This document shows, piece by piece, positions 9,587-18,648 of a stretch of DNA of 53,888 nucleotides (the stretch's first letter is position 1; the number at the start of each line of letters is the position of its first letter). The notes beneath the pieces were generated by a model. It saw only the letters and a list, made by a program, of their open reading frames with translations, made no database searches and was not told the origin of the DNA. The stretch lies in the NCBI GenBank assembly GCA_029547145.1, contig JAKPPV010000043.1:1-53888 (forward strand). The letters run 5' to 3'. Source of the stretch: Methanobacteriota archaeon (GTDB taxonomy: Archaea > Halobacteriota > Methanomicrobia > Methanomicrobiales > Methanospirillaceae). A program made the position numbers and the translations under genes.

Positions 9587-12175
9587 TCAGGAGACGACGA
9601 CCGGCGGCCCGTCCGTGCGTCCGTCTGCCCCGCCGGTGACGGTCACGGTCGAGGTGGCGACCGAACTGCCCCACGGGTTCGTCGCGGTGAGCGAGACCTC
9701 GTAGGTGCCGGGCCGGCGGAAGACGACGGACGGGCTCTGCATCGAGGTCCAGGCGAACCCGCCGAAGTCCCACCGCCAGGAGGTCGCGTTCGACGACTCG
9801 TCCATGCACCGGACGTAGAGCGGTGCGGGGCCCAAGGTCCGGCTCAGGTTGAAGCGTGCGACCGGCGACCGGGGGTCGGGCCCGACCCGGATCAGGGCCG
9901 GTTTCGAGACGGTCGCCGACCCGGCCAGGGACCAGACGGTCAGGTTCACGGTGTAGGACCCCGGGGCCGTGTAGGTATGCACCGGGTCCTGCCCCGTGGC
10001 GGAGGCGCCGTCGCCGAACTGCCACCACCAGTGGACCGGGGAGCCGGTCGAGTTGCCCGAGAAGGCGACCGCGAACGGGGCGGGCCCCCCGGTCCGGTTC
10101 GCCGTGAAGTCGGCCACGACGGCGGGCGACGGGGTCACCGCCGGACCGGTCGCCACCACGCAGTCGTGCCGGGTCGCCGTGCTCGTCGTCCCGTCGCTCC
10201 CCGTCACCGTGAGGGAGACCGTGTACCGGCCCGGACGGGTGTAGGTGTGGAGCGGCTCGTGCTCGACCGTGCCCGTCCCGTCGCCGAAGTCCCAGGACCA
10301 GGTGACCGCCCCGGAAGAGTAGTCGATGAACCGGAGCGGGAGTGGCGCCGGCCCGGACTGGGTGGTCACCCCGAAGGCCGCCCGCGGCGGACCCCCGCCC
10401 GCGCCGCGGAGCCGCTCGATCCCGAGGGCCCGGGCGAGTCCGGTTCCGTCGGGCCACCCGTGGCCCCATCCGTCGTCGAAGCCGCCCGGTCCCCGGTCCT
10501 GCGCCGTCGCGAAGAGGGCGTCCTTCACCTCCTGGGCGGTCGCTGTTGGCCGCCCGCTCCAGGCGAGCGCGGCGAGACCGGCCACGTGCGGTGCCGACGC
10601 GGAGGTGCCGAAGAACCGGCGGCGGCCCGCATCGTAAAAGCCCCACCCGCCGGCCCCCGAGATCAGGTTCCCGTCCGGGCCGGCGACATCCGGCTTTCTC
10701 CGCACCTCCGGGGCCGGCCACCGGATCGTCACCGGGCCGCGCGACGAGTAGGGCTCGAGGGCGTCGGGCGTGGCCACGTCGGCCGCCCCCACCGCGACGG
10801 CGCCGTGCGCCGCCGGGTGTCCGAAGATCGAGTCCGCCTCGACCAGGTTGACCGGCAGGAGCTTCGCCTGCCCCCCCTGCGCCACGAAGACCTCGAGGGT
10901 CCGGGCCTCGCCCGAGTAGAGGGCGACGTTCACCTCGACATCCAGGTCCTCGTCCGGCTCTGCGAAGACGACGGCGATCTCGATCGGGTTCCCCGCCCCC
11001 GACTGGGCGTCGTCCGAGAGCGCGAGCAGGCCGGTCGGGTCGCCCCGCCGGTGGATCGCCAGGTCGTAGTCGTTGGACGAGGCCCCCCAGGGGTCGTCCC
11101 AGTGGAGGACCACGATCGCATACGCCCCGGAACCGGCAGGGAGCGAGAGGTAGAGCCGCCGTTCCTCCGCCGTCGTCCCGGACGAGAAGTCGTGGATGCT
11201 GGTCCCGGGCTCGGGGCAAAACCGGCCCTGGTAGTGGGAATCGGCGAAGTTGGCCGCGGACGATACGTAGAGGACCCCCCGTTCCCGGACGATCCGGTCC
11301 ACGTGGGTGGCGATCAGGCCGTCCTCGAAGGCCGGCTCCGCCAGGTAGGAGATATCGTCGACGATCACCCGGCACCCCGCGTTCACTAGGGCCGTGATCC
11401 CCTCGTTGAACCCGAGCTGGTTGTCGGCCATGTCGTGAAAGTAGAGCTCGGCCTCGGGGGCGATGTCGTGGACGATCTCCAGCATCGCCGTCCCCTCGTC
11501 CCCGCCCTGGCGGTTCGAGAGGATGTGGAGGTCCGCCGGCAGGTCACCGCTGTCGCGCGCTTCCTCCCAGGAGTCGACGCCGTCCGAGATGACCCCGACC
11601 CGGACCCCCCTGCCGGCATGGCCGAGCGTCGAGCGGAGCCGGTCCGCCAGGAGGAGACCGTCCCCCTCGGTCTGGACCGACCCGGCGTTGACGTGCGGCG
11701 GGTCGACCGTCCGGATCGAACGGACGAACGGCCGGGAGGCGAGGTCGGAGAGGTCCGTGGTCGCCACCCACGCCGCGACGACCCCGTGCTCCTCGTCCCG
11801 GTTCTCGACCCGCCGGACCAGCGGGTCGACGGCGCTCGTCAGAGAGCCCGCGGTCACCCAGATGTAGACGTGGACCTCCTCCGCACCGGCCCCCCGGGCA
11901 CCGGAAGTCCCCCGGAGCGCCCTCCGCTCGCGGAGTCCCCGGGCCACCGACTCCCGTGTCTGGCCGGGCAGGCGGGCCGACGGGTCGATCAGCTGGACCA
12001 GGTCGGTCGAGAGCTTCGCCCGGGGACCCTCCTTGAAGAGGGCGGGGGGCGGTACCGCGCCGACGGCGCCGTCTGCCGGGTGGTGCTCGTTCTGGGCTGC
12101 AGCCAGGCAGGGGACCGCGACTGCCAGGAGGAGGAGCGCGAGGAGCAGGAGGGGGAGGCGGGGCATGCGGGACAC
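9587..12175 (-). CDS. Secreted subtilisin-like serine protease (peptidase S8) with multiple C-terminal PKD domains
   Basis: 862 aa. Signal peptide MSRMPRLPLLLLALLLLAVAVPCLAAA. S8 catalytic motifs (VGVISDGVD, HGTAMLEIVHDIAP, GTSASAPHVAGLAALA). PKD repeats WSWDFGDG...HTYTxPGxYTVxLTV. Confidence 0.85.
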   Translation of the reverse strand: MSRMPRLPLLLLALLLLAVAVPCLAAAQNEHHPADGAVGAVPPPALFKEGPRAKLSTDLVQLIDPSARLPGQTRESVARGLRERRALRGTSGARGAGAEEVHVYIWVTAGSLTSAVDPLVRRVENRDEEHGVVAAWVATTDLSDLASRPFVRSIRTVDPPHVNAGSVQTEGDGLLLADRLRSTLGHAGRGVRVGVISDGVDSWEEARDSGDLPADLHILSNRQGGDEGTAMLEIVHDIAPEAELYFHDMADNQLGFNEGITALVNAGCRVIVDDISYLAEPAFEDGLIATHVDRIVRERGVLYVSSAANFADSHYQGRFCPEPGTSIHDFSSGTTAEERRLYLSLPAGSGAYAIVVLHWDDPWGASSNDYDLAIHRRGDPTGLLALSDDAQSGAGNPIEIAVVFAEPDEDLDVEVNVALYSGEARTLEVFVAQGGQAKLLPVNLVEADSIFGHPAAHGAVAVGAADVATPDALEPYSSRGPVTIRWPAPEVRRKPDVAGPDGNLISGAGGWGFYDAGRRRFFGTSASAPHVAGLAALAWSGRPTATAQEVKDALFATAQDRGPGGFDDGWGHGWPDGTGLARALGIERLRGAGGGPPRAAFGVTTQSGPAPLPLRFIDYSSGAVTWSWDFGDGTGTVEHEPLHTYTRPGRYTVSLTVTGSDGTTSTATRHDCVVATGPAVTPSPAVVADFTANRTGGPAPFAVAFSGNSTGSPVHWWWQFGDGASATGQDPVHTYTAPGSYTVNLTVWSLAGSATVSKPALIRVGPDPRSPVARFNLSRTLGPAPLYVRCMDESSNATSWRWDFGGFAWTSMQSPSVVFRRPGTYEVSLTATNPWGSSVATSTVTVTGGADGRTDGPPVVVS

Positions 12176-12262
12176 TCACCAGGTGGGTTCGTACAGGGAG
12201 ACTGTAGCGGACACCCGGTTGAACCTGTCGGTTCGTCGCAGGGGAGGGGGACGGAGGGGGTG

Positions 12263-14032
12263 TTACCCCACCACCAGGACGGGCGGCCCCCGCACCGCAC
12301 CCCTGGCACCCGCCCCAGGGTCGGTCACGGTGACCGTGCCGGCCGCAGACGAGGACCCGTGGGCGTTCGTGGCGATCAGCCGGACCGTGTAGGTGCCGGG
12401 CCGGCGGAAGACGACGGAGGGACTCTGCATCGAGGTCCAGGCGAGCCCCCCGAACTCCCAGCGCCATGAGGTCGCGTTCGACGATCTGTCCGTGCACCGG
12501 ACGTAGAGCGGTGCGGGGCCGGAGGTACGGCTCAGGGTGAAGTCCGCGACCGGCCGGCGCGGGTCCGAGAGGACCGAAACCAGGCCATGCTTCGTCATCG
12601 CGTCCGATCCGCCCTCACCGAAGACGGTCAGGGTGACGTCGTAGATCCCCGGGCGCTGGTAGAGATGGACCGGGTTCTGCTCGACGCTGCCGGTGCCGTC
12701 GCCGAACTGCCACCACCAGTACCCGGGTGAACCGGTGGATGCGTCCGTGAACCCGACGGCGAACGGGGCGGGTCCCTCCGTCTGGTTCGCCGTGAAGTCC
12801 GCGACCGGGACGGAGGGCCGCAGGATGGAGAGGGCGGAGACGGAGACGAACCGTGCCCTGGTGGCGTTCGCCTTCTCACCCGACCGGCCCGTGACGGCGA
12901 GAGAGACCGTGTACTCCCCGTTCTTCGTGTAGGTATGAACCGGATGCTGCTCCCCGGACCCGGACCCGTCGCCGAACGACCAGGACCAGGAGGTGGCCCC
13001 GCTCGACTCGTCCCGGAAGACGACCGTGAGCGGTGGCGCGCCACGCACGGGGCTCGCCCCGAAGGCGGCGATGAGCGCGTCCTCGGGGTAGGAACGGGGG
13101 ACGAATCGCTGGACGCGATCGGCGATGGAGTCGACGACGAGGACCCGCCCGTCGGGAGCGACGGCGACCCCCGCCGGGCGGTAGAACTGCCCGATGCCGG
13201 TCCCCTCGGAACCCCACTGCAGGAGGTATCCCCCGTCCGGTCTGAAGCCCTGGACCCGGTGGTTGTTGGAGTCGCAGACGAAGACGGTGCCGTCGCTTCC
13301 CACCGCCACCCCGGCGGGGCCGGCGAACTGCCGGTCGCCCTTCCCGGCGGTGCCCCACGAGCCGGTGCACACCCCGTCAAAGGAGAAGCGCAGGACCCGG
13401 TTCGAGGACGGGTCGGTCACCAGGAGGGCCCCGTGCCGGTCGTCGACCGCGATCCCGGCGGGGCCGGCAAACTGGCCCTCGCCCGTGCCCGCGCTGCCCA
13501 TCTTCGTCAGGAAGGACCCGGACGGGGAGAAGACCTGCACCCGCCGGTTGTTGCGGTCGGTCACGAAGACCGTCCCCGATGCGTTCACCGCGATCCCGGC
13601 GGGGCACTGGAACCGCCCCTCCCCGAGACCGATGCTGCCCCAGCTGGTGACGAACTCCCCGTTCGACCTGAACTTCTGCACCCGGTGGTTCTGCGTATCC
13701 GCCACGTAGACGTTCGACGCGGCGTCGACGGCGATCCCGAGGGGCGCGTTGAACTGTCCCTCCACCTGGCCGTACGAGCCCCACTGCCGGAGGAACGCCC
13801 CCGAAACGTTGAAGACCTGGACGCGGTGGTTGCCCGTGTCGAGTACATAGACGGTGCCATCGGGACCGATCGCGATCCCCTGGGGGCCGGAGAACTGTCC
13901 GGGAGAGGTGCCGAACGAACCCCACTGCCCGGCATAGGTCGCGCCGGCATCCGCGCCGGGATCGATCGCCCCGGCGGGAAGGAGGCAGAGGGCGATCGCC
14001 AGTACCGGGATCAGGAGCGGTCTTCGTTTCAT
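12263..14032 (-). CDS. Secreted NHL-repeat (six-bladed beta-propeller) protein with C-terminal PKD domains
   Basis: Signal peptide MKRRPLLIPVLAIALCLLPAGA (start chosen at 14032, inside the longer ORF to 14152). Repeated GxFxxPxGIAVxxxGxVYVxDxxNHRVQxF NHL units. Three PKD domains; the last is ~75% identical to the protease C-terminus. Confidence 0.8.
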   Translation of the reverse strand: MKRRPLLIPVLAIALCLLPAGAIDPGADAGATYAGQWGSFGTSPGQFSGPQGIAIGPDGTVYVLDTGNHRVQVFNVSGAFLRQWGSYGQVEGQFNAPLGIAVDAASNVYVADTQNHRVQKFRSNGEFVTSWGSIGLGEGRFQCPAGIAVNASGTVFVTDRNNRRVQVFSPSGSFLTKMGSAGTGEGQFAGPAGIAVDDRHGALLVTDPSSNRVLRFSFDGVCTGSWGTAGKGDRQFAGPAGVAVGSDGTVFVCDSNNHRVQGFRPDGGYLLQWGSEGTGIGQFYRPAGVAVAPDGRVLVVDSIADRVQRFVPRSYPEDALIAAFGASPVRGAPPLTVVFRDESSGATSWSWSFGDGSGSGEQHPVHTYTKNGEYTVSLAVTGRSGEKANATRARFVSVSALSILRPSVPVADFTANQTEGPAPFAVGFTDASTGSPGYWWWQFGDGTGSVEQNPVHLYQRPGIYDVTLTVFGEGGSDAMTKHGLVSVLSDPRRPVADFTLSRTSGPAPLYVRCTDRSSNATSWRWEFGGLAWTSMQSPSVVFRRPGTYTVRLIATNAHGSSSAAGTVTVTDPGAGARGAVRGPPVLVVG

Positions 14033-14135
14033 GACATACCTCCACGGTCTGATCTGCATCGATCCGGTCGGTGGATAAACGTTCGTACGAGAGGGAGACC
14101 GGACCGGGGCCCCGACGGGCCACGGGGAGGGACGC

Positions 14136-14717
14136 TCAGGGGGAGGGGGCACCGGCGGCCCGGCCCAGCGCGAAGGCCCGCCGGTTCACCTCCACCGTCT
14201 TCGGTGGGACGGACCGCTCGATCGCCGCGAGGAGCGAGGACTCCCGCAGGGGGAGGTGGTGGGACGAGGCCCCGATCAGCACCACGTTCTGGGCGAGCTC
14301 GGACCCCGCCTCCCGGGCGAGGGCCGCCGTATCGATGGCGAGCGGCCGGAACGGGGCGAGCCGGGCCAGGCACTCGTCGGACGTCGGCATCGGGAGGCCC
14401 TGGGAGAAGACCGTGGTCGGGGTGATGATCCCCGTGCTGGTGACCACGCGACCCCCGGGGCGGAGAAAGTGGAGGTAGCGGACCGCCTCGAGGAGGTCGA
14501 AGGCGATCAGGAGATCGGCCGTGCCCGGATCGACCAGGGGACCGTACCGGCCGTCGATCCGGAGGTGACACTCGACCGAGCCCCCCCGCTGGGCCATGCC
14601 GTGGGTCTCGGCCCCGCGGACGGACCGGCCCTCCTCGAGGGTCGCCCGGCCCAGGATGTTGGAGGCGAGGATCGTCCCCTGCCCCCCGACCCCGACGATC
14701 AGAAGGTCGAAGCTCAT
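14136..14717 (-). CDS. iorB: Indolepyruvate:ferredoxin oxidoreductase subunit beta
   Basis: 193 aa, MSFDLLIVGVGGQGTILASNILGRA... Start overlaps the iorA stop (ATGA). The ORF track merges it into an 813-aa artefact. Confidence 0.85.
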   Translation of the reverse strand: MSFDLLIVGVGGQGTILASNILGRATLEEGRSVRGAETHGMAQRGGSVECHLRIDGRYGPLVDPGTADLLIAFDLLEAVRYLHFLRPGGRVVTSTGIITPTTVFSQGLPMPTSDECLARLAPFRPLAIDTAALAREAGSELAQNVVLIGASSHHLPLRESSLLAAIERSVPPKTVEVNRRAFALGRAAGAPSP

Positions 14718-16528
14718 GCGCCACCCCCCGACGGGGCCGCCGGTGCGGGCGGGCGGGACTCCTTCCCGATCGCCCCCTCGGGGCAGAGCGAGGCGCAGAC
14801 CCCGCACCCCGAGCAGAGGTCGGTGATGGAAGCCTTCTTCCCCTCGAACGCGATCGCCGGGCAACCGAAGCGGAGGCAGGTCCGGCAGCCCGAGCAGGCC
14901 GACGGATCGACCTCGAGACGGGGGCGCTTCACCCGCGCCCGCCTCTCGACGATCACGCAGGGCTTCTTCGCGATCACCACCCGGACGCCCTTTTTCGCCC
15001 GCACCTCGCGGAGTGTCGCGATCAGGCCGGGCAGGTCGTACGGGTCCACGGTCTCGACCCATTCCACCCCGCAGGCCCGGCAGAGCGCCTCGAGCGAGAC
15101 CTTCGGGCGCTCCTCGCCGGTCGCCGTCACCCCCGTCGTCGGGTTCGGCTGGTGGCCGGTCATCGCCGTCACCCGGTTGTCCAGGATCACCAGGACCATG
15201 TTCGCGCCGTTGTAGACCGCGTTCACGAGCCCCGGCAGGCCCGTGTGCAGGAAGGTCGAGTCCCCGATCGTCGCGACGACGTCCCCGCCGACGGTCTGGG
15301 CGATCCCCGAGCCGATCGTGATCGACGCCCCCATGCAGATCGTGGTGTCGACCGTTCCGAGCTGGAGCCCGAGGGTGTAGCAGCCGATGTCCGAGGGAAA
15401 GATCCCCTCGCGGAAGACCCTCTTCATCGCGTAGAAGACCGCCCGGTGCATGCAGCCCGCACAGAGGATCGGGGGCCGGGGGGGGAGGCCCTCGACGGGA
15501 GCGGGGGGTGCCGGGGGCGCCTTTTCGACGAAACCCGCGGACGCCAGCGCCGCCCGCACGAGTGCGGGCGAGAGCTCGCCCTCGCCCGGCACGTGGCCCG
15601 TCCGCTTGCCGTAGACCGGGACGGAGCCCGCCGCCCTCTTCACCTCGTCCTCGAGCACGGGCGCCCCCTCCTCGACGACGAGCACCTCCTCGTGCTCGAG
15701 GCAGAAGGACTGGAGCTGCCCGGGGTCGACCGGGTAGGCCCGGACGACGAAGAGCGAGACGCCGTCGGGGAGCACCTCCCGGACGTACTCGGCCGCCACC
15801 CCGCCCGCGACCACCGCCCGGCATCCCCGGATCTCGCCCGTGTTGAGGCCGAGGCCGGCCAGGCGGGCCCGGACGACCGCCTGCTTCTCGTTCAGCCGGC
15901 GGTGGAGGACCCGGGTATGCGCCGGGACCACCACGTACTGCCGGGGGTCGCGGACGAAGGCCGGCTCCCGGTGCACGGACGGGACCGGGCCGAGCTCGAC
16001 GTCCGCCTTCGAGTGGCAGATCCGGGTCGTCGGCCGGAAGAGGACCGGCAGGCCGAACTCCTCCGAGAGGGCGAAGGCGTCGCGGAGCATCGCGTGCGCC
16101 TCCTCGATCGTCCCCGGGTCGAGGCAGGGGAGGCCCGCCATCGCCGCGTAGAGCCGGCTGTCCTGCTCGTTCTGGGACGAGTGCGCGAACGGATCGTCGG
16201 CGGAGAGCACGACGAAGCCCCCCGTGACGCCGGTGTAGGCCGAGGTCATCAGGGGGTCGGCGGCCACGTTCAGGCCGACATGCTTGGTCGTGAAGAGGGC
16301 GCGGACGCCGCACCACGCGGCGGCGAGCGCGTTCTCGAACGCGACCTTCTCGTTGGTCGACCACTCCACGTGGACCCCCTCGGGCCGTCGGGCCCGGAGC
16401 AGGTCGATCACCTCGGACGAGGGCGTGCCCGGGTAGCCGGCCACGAAGCCCACCCCGCCCTCCAGGGCGGCGTGGGCGATCGCCTCGTTGCCCAGCAGAT
16501 ACTGTCTCGCCATGATCCACTCCCGCAT
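14714..16528 (-). CDS. iorA: Indolepyruvate:ferredoxin oxidoreductase subunit alpha (TPP-binding, 2x[4Fe-4S] ferredoxin domain)
   Basis: 604 aa, MARQYLLGNEAIAHAALEGGVGFVAGYPGTPSSE... TPP motif GDSTFLHTG. C-terminal CSGCRTC..CP and CSGCGVCASLCP clusters. Start may be Met6 (16513). Confidence 0.9.
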   Translation of the reverse strand: MREWIMARQYLLGNEAIAHAALEGGVGFVAGYPGTPSSEVIDLLRARRPEGVHVEWSTNEKVAFENALAAAWCGVRALFTTKHVGLNVAADPLMTSAYTGVTGGFVVLSADDPFAHSSQNEQDSRLYAAMAGLPCLDPGTIEEAHAMLRDAFALSEEFGLPVLFRPTTRICHSKADVELGPVPSVHREPAFVRDPRQYVVVPAHTRVLHRRLNEKQAVVRARLAGLGLNTGEIRGCRAVVAGGVAAEYVREVLPDGVSLFVVRAYPVDPGQLQSFCLEHEEVLVVEEGAPVLEDEVKRAAGSVPVYGKRTGHVPGEGELSPALVRAALASAGFVEKAPPAPPAPVEGLPPRPPILCAGCMHRAVFYAMKRVFREGIFPSDIGCYTLGLQLGTVDTTICMGASITIGSGIAQTVGGDVVATIGDSTFLHTGLPGLVNAVYNGANMVLVILDNRVTAMTGHQPNPTTGVTATGEERPKVSLEALCRACGVEWVETVDPYDLPGLIATLREVRAKKGVRVVIAKKPCVIVERRARVKRPRLEVDPSACSGCRTCLRFGCPAIAFEGKKASITDLCSGCGVCASLCPEGAIGKESRPPAPAAPSGGGA

Positions 16529-16672
16529 CGGGCCGCCCGCGCGTCAGGGGTTCCGGATACCGGCGCGGCCCGTTCATCTCTATTTATCGGTCAAGGATAC
16601 AAAGGCGTCTGTCCCGGGGCCATCGATAATCTATAAGAACTCGGAGGGGTCACGCTCTAGGGTAATCCCAGC

Positions 16673-16747
16673 GGGCCCGTAGCATAGCCAGGTGGTGCGC
16701 CCGGCTGATAACCGGGAGGCCATGAGTTCGAATCTCATCGGGCCCAT
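16673..16747 (+). tRNA. tRNA-Ile (anticodon GAU)
   Basis: GGGCCCGtaGCATAGCCaGGTGGTGCGCCCGGCTGATAACCGGGAGGCCATGAGTTCGAATCTCATCGGGCCCa. 7-bp acceptor stem, anticodon loop CTGATAA, T-loop GTTCGAATC. Confidence 0.85.
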
Positions 16748-16787
16748 GCACGTCTTGTTTTTATTCATTCCCCTGCAATCTCTTCTC

Positions 16788-17240
16788 ATGGAGCGTTCAT
16801 TCCTGGTCGTCCTCGCGATCGGTGTCGCGGTGGCGGCGGGGCTTGCCCTGGTATCGCCGTTCTTCTCGCTCATCGCCCTGATCATCGTCGGGGTGGTGCT
16901 GATGGTGATCTGGATCGGGAGCGATACGCGCGACCTGCCCGACGTGCAGGTCGACTTCTCCGAGGACGGGCACGCCGTCATCGTCGAGAACAAGGGGAAC
17001 GCCCCGGCGCAGAGGGTCCACGTCTCGCTCGTCCCGATCGGGCTCGAGGCCGACGTCCCGTCCCTCGCCCCCGATGAGGCCCACCCGGTGCCGCTCGCCG
17101 GGCAGGTGGCGGAGGCGAAGGCGATCATCACCTACCAGAACGGTTCGGGCCAGACGTTCCGGCGGACCATGGTGATCTCGGTCCTCCACTCCTCGGAGGA
17201 CCTGTTCCGACCCGCCTTCGCCCTCTTCCGCTGGAAGTAG
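16788..17240 (+). CDS. Hypothetical membrane protein (two TM helices plus a soluble C-terminal domain)
   Basis: 150 aa from MERSFLVVLAIGVAVAAGLALV... The 5' extension of the ORF-track call overlaps the tRNA and was trimmed. Confidence 0.5.
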   Translation: MERSFLVVLAIGVAVAAGLALVSPFFSLIALIIVGVVLMVIWIGSDTRDLPDVQVDFSEDGHAVIVENKGNAPAQRVHVSLVPIGLEADVPSLAPDEAHPVPLAGQVAEAKAIITYQNGSGQTFRRTMVISVLHSSEDLFRPAFALFRWK

Positions 17241-17259
17241 CACGAAGAGGACGCGTCCG

Positions 17260-17814
17260 TCATCCCCGGATGAACTCCAGGGTGGTCCTGAGGGCAGCAA
17301 GGAGCGCCTCCTGCCCCTCCAGGTACTGCCGGAGCGCCCGGTAGAGCATCACGAGGAGTTCGGGGCCGTAGATGCCGAGCGCCTCCTCCGCCGAGATGGG
17401 GGCCAGGTAGCTGTCGACGAGCACGGTGTCGTTCGAGTACATCAGCTCGGCGAAGGTCCCGTCGTGGCGGAGCACGCAGAACTGGTCCGTCACCGCCTTG
17501 CCGGGATCGTCGGGCCGAAAGGCCATCGGCTCGCCACGGGCGAGGAGGAGCATCCTCTGCGGAAAGTAGGCCTGGTCGAAGAGCTCGCCCGAGCCGTCCA
17601 CCTTGCCGCGCGCCATCACCTCGAGCCCGGCGATCGGCACGATCCGGGCTGCAGTCGCACCCATCCGGGCGAGCAGTGCCGCCTCCTCCTGCCGCACCCG
17701 CCCGGACTCCTCGTTGATCGCCTCGGCGTTCGAGCGGATCAGCGCCTCCAGGGCGGCGAACCCGCGGTCGATCTCGTCGGTCGTCATGCCAGATCGATCG
17801 GCGGGCCGGGACAT
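17260..17814 (-). CDS. Hypothetical cytoplasmic protein (184 aa)
   Basis: Real start MSRPADRSGMTTDEIDRGFAALE... preceded by a purine-rich RBS-like GGGGGGAGAAGG. The longer ORF-track product has a low-complexity N-terminus in an implausible frame. Confidence 0.5.
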   Translation of the reverse strand: MSRPADRSGMTTDEIDRGFAALEALIRSNAEAINEESGRVRQEEAALLARMGATAARIVPIAGLEVMARGKVDGSGELFDQAYFPQRMLLLARGEPMAFRPDDPGKAVTDQFCVLRHDGTFAELMYSNDTVLVDSYLAPISAEEALGIYGPELLVMLYRALRQYLEGQEALLAALRTTLEFIRG

Positions 17815-17889
17815 CAGCCTTCTCCCCCCGCGGAGGGCCGGCGGACCCTCCCCGCCTCTTTTATCCGGGGAGAGGACCACACTGTATCC

Positions 17890-18648
17890 ATGATGCGGGT
17901 CGGGCTCCTCGGGTGCGGCAACATCGGGCACCTGATCGCGTCGCACGCCGAACGCTTCTCGGTCGCAGCCCTCTACGACCAGGACCCCGACCGCGCCCGC
18001 GAACTGGCGGACGCGACCGGTGGGACCGCGTACGACTCGTTCGAGGCGTTCGTCGCCGCCGACGTCGACCTGATCGTCGAGGCCGCCTCGGTCCGGGCCG
18101 TCCGGGCCCACGGAGAGGCCGTGCTCGGGGCCGGCAAGGACCTCGTCGTGATGTCGGTCGGCGCACTCTCCGACGCGGCGTTCCTCGAGCGGCTCCGCAC
18201 GGCGGCGATCGCCCACCGGCGGCGGGTCTACATCCCGAGCGGGGCGGTGATGGGCCTCGACAACCTGAAGGTCGGCCGGATCGGGGGGATCGACCGGGTG
18301 GTCCTCAGGACCACCAAGCACCCGGACTCCCTCGGTCTCCCGGTCACCGGGCGGACCCTGGTCTTCCAGGGCCGGGCGGACGACTGCGTCCAGGCGTTCC
18401 CGAAGAACATCAACGTCTCCGTCGCGATCGCCCTGGCGGCGGGACAGGAGGTGCAGGTGGAGCTCTGGGCGGACCCCGCCGTCGACCGGAACGTCCACGA
18501 GATCGTCGCGGAGGGGGCCTTCGGGGATGCCTACATCCGGGTCCGGAACGTCCCGAGCCCGGACAACCCGGCCACCTCGTACCTGGCCGCCCTCTCCATC
18601 CTGATCCTGCTCCGTGACCTCGCCGACCCGATCCGGGTGGGGACGTGA
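17890..18648 (+). CDS. nadX: L-aspartate dehydrogenase (NAD biosynthesis)
   Basis: 252 aa, MMRVGLLGCGNIGHLIA... Rossmann GxGxxG. Conserved HPDSLGLP / AFPKNINVSVA region typical of NadX. Stop overlaps the nadC start (GTGA). Confidence 0.8.
   Translation: MMRVGLLGCGNIGHLIASHAERFSVAALYDQDPDRARELADATGGTAYDSFEAFVAADVDLIVEAASVRAVRAHGEAVLGAGKDLVVMSVGALSDAAFLERLRTAAIAHRRRVYIPSGAVMGLDNLKVGRIGGIDRVVLRTTKHPDSLGLPVTGRTLVFQGRADDCVQAFPKNINVSVAIALAAGQEVQVELWADPAVDRNVHEIVAEGAFGDAYIRVRNVPSPDNPATSYLAALSILILLRDLADPIRVGT

Noticed and set aside
9996-10244. Short + strand ORFs (9996-10244 and 12693-12932) with similar sequences (…SPNCHHQ…GEPV…TANGAGP…FAVKSAT…)
   Set aside because: They are antisense reading frames of the repeated PKD-domain coding sequence in the protease and NHL genes. 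The similarity reflects the PKD repeats, not real genes.
7490-11389. 1299-aa + strand ORF
   Set aside because: Antisense to the well-supported beta-helix and subtilisin genes. The product is low-complexity and R/P/G-rich, typical of a GC-rich spurious frame.
14029-14724. 231-aa minus-strand ORF overlapping iorB
   Set aside because: It is in a different frame of the iorB coding region. The iorB frame gives a clean IorB protein (MSFDLLIVGVGGQGT...).
14136-16577. 813-aa merged ORF
   Set aside because: Merges iorB with an out-of-frame read-through of iorA. Resolved into iorA (14714-16528) and iorB (14136-14717) with ATGA coupling.
16692-16787. 5' extension of the membrane-protein ORF overlapping tRNA-Ile
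   Set aside because: It overlaps a well-formed tRNA. The internal Met at 16788 gives a sensible TM protein start.
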